DNA of 64,000 bases. Source: Hypanus sabinus. Lineage: Eukaryota. The stretch's first letter is position 1; each line of letters opens with the position of its first letter. Of the stretch, positions 63,881 to 64,000 are shown piece after piece. A program made the translations under genes and the position numbers. A model generated the notes under the pieces. The model made no database searches. It was not told the origin of the DNA and saw only the letters and a list, made by a program, of their open reading frames with translations. The DNA is taken from positions 25,482,001 through 25,546,000 of the forward strand of contig NC_082736.1 of NCBI RefSeq assembly GCF_030144855.1. Direction: 5' to 3'.

Positions 63881-64000
63881 TATCATCCACAAGGACGTCA
63901 AACCTCCCCCCCCCCCCGCCCCCCCAACCTCCCAATCAGCAACAAGAAAGCCAACCTGGGTAAATGCCAGCAGGTTTTTTCCACTGAGGTTGGGTGGGAC

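Overview
Vertebrate nuclear DNA, not prokaryotic. The repeat complement (CR1, Rex1/Babar-like, Penelope-like GIY-YIG, Tc1, tRNA-SINEs, a 52-bp satellite) suggests a cartilaginous fish, probably a ray; this is inference. The window holds the conserved SART1(+) / EIF1AD(-) / BANF1(+) block: the last 7 coding exons of SART1 (162-20106), a complete spliced EIF1AD (168 aa, 26016-36341) and a head-to-head EIF1AD/BANF1 promoter (~37600-38190). The main surprise is that BANF1 (barrier-to-autointegration factor, BAF) is present as a tandem array of at least three ~10.5-kb units. Copies 1 and 2 are near-identical, intact 89-aa genes of a derived type (N9, N36, Q40, S43), and they differ only at residue 58 (Met vs Thr; human L58 is a LEM-binding residue). 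Copy 3 is more diverged and keeps the canonical acidic residues D9/D36/D40; its last exon lies beyond the window. A chimeric 29-bp C-rich minisatellite in intron 1 appears to mark the unequal crossover that made the youngest copy. Each unit also duplicates the bidirectional promoter together with an orphaned, donor-weakened EIF1AD first exon. Four N-gaps and a false 733-bp overlap mean the copy number needs read-level confirmation. Comparisons to human proteins are from memory, and TE boundaries are approximate.
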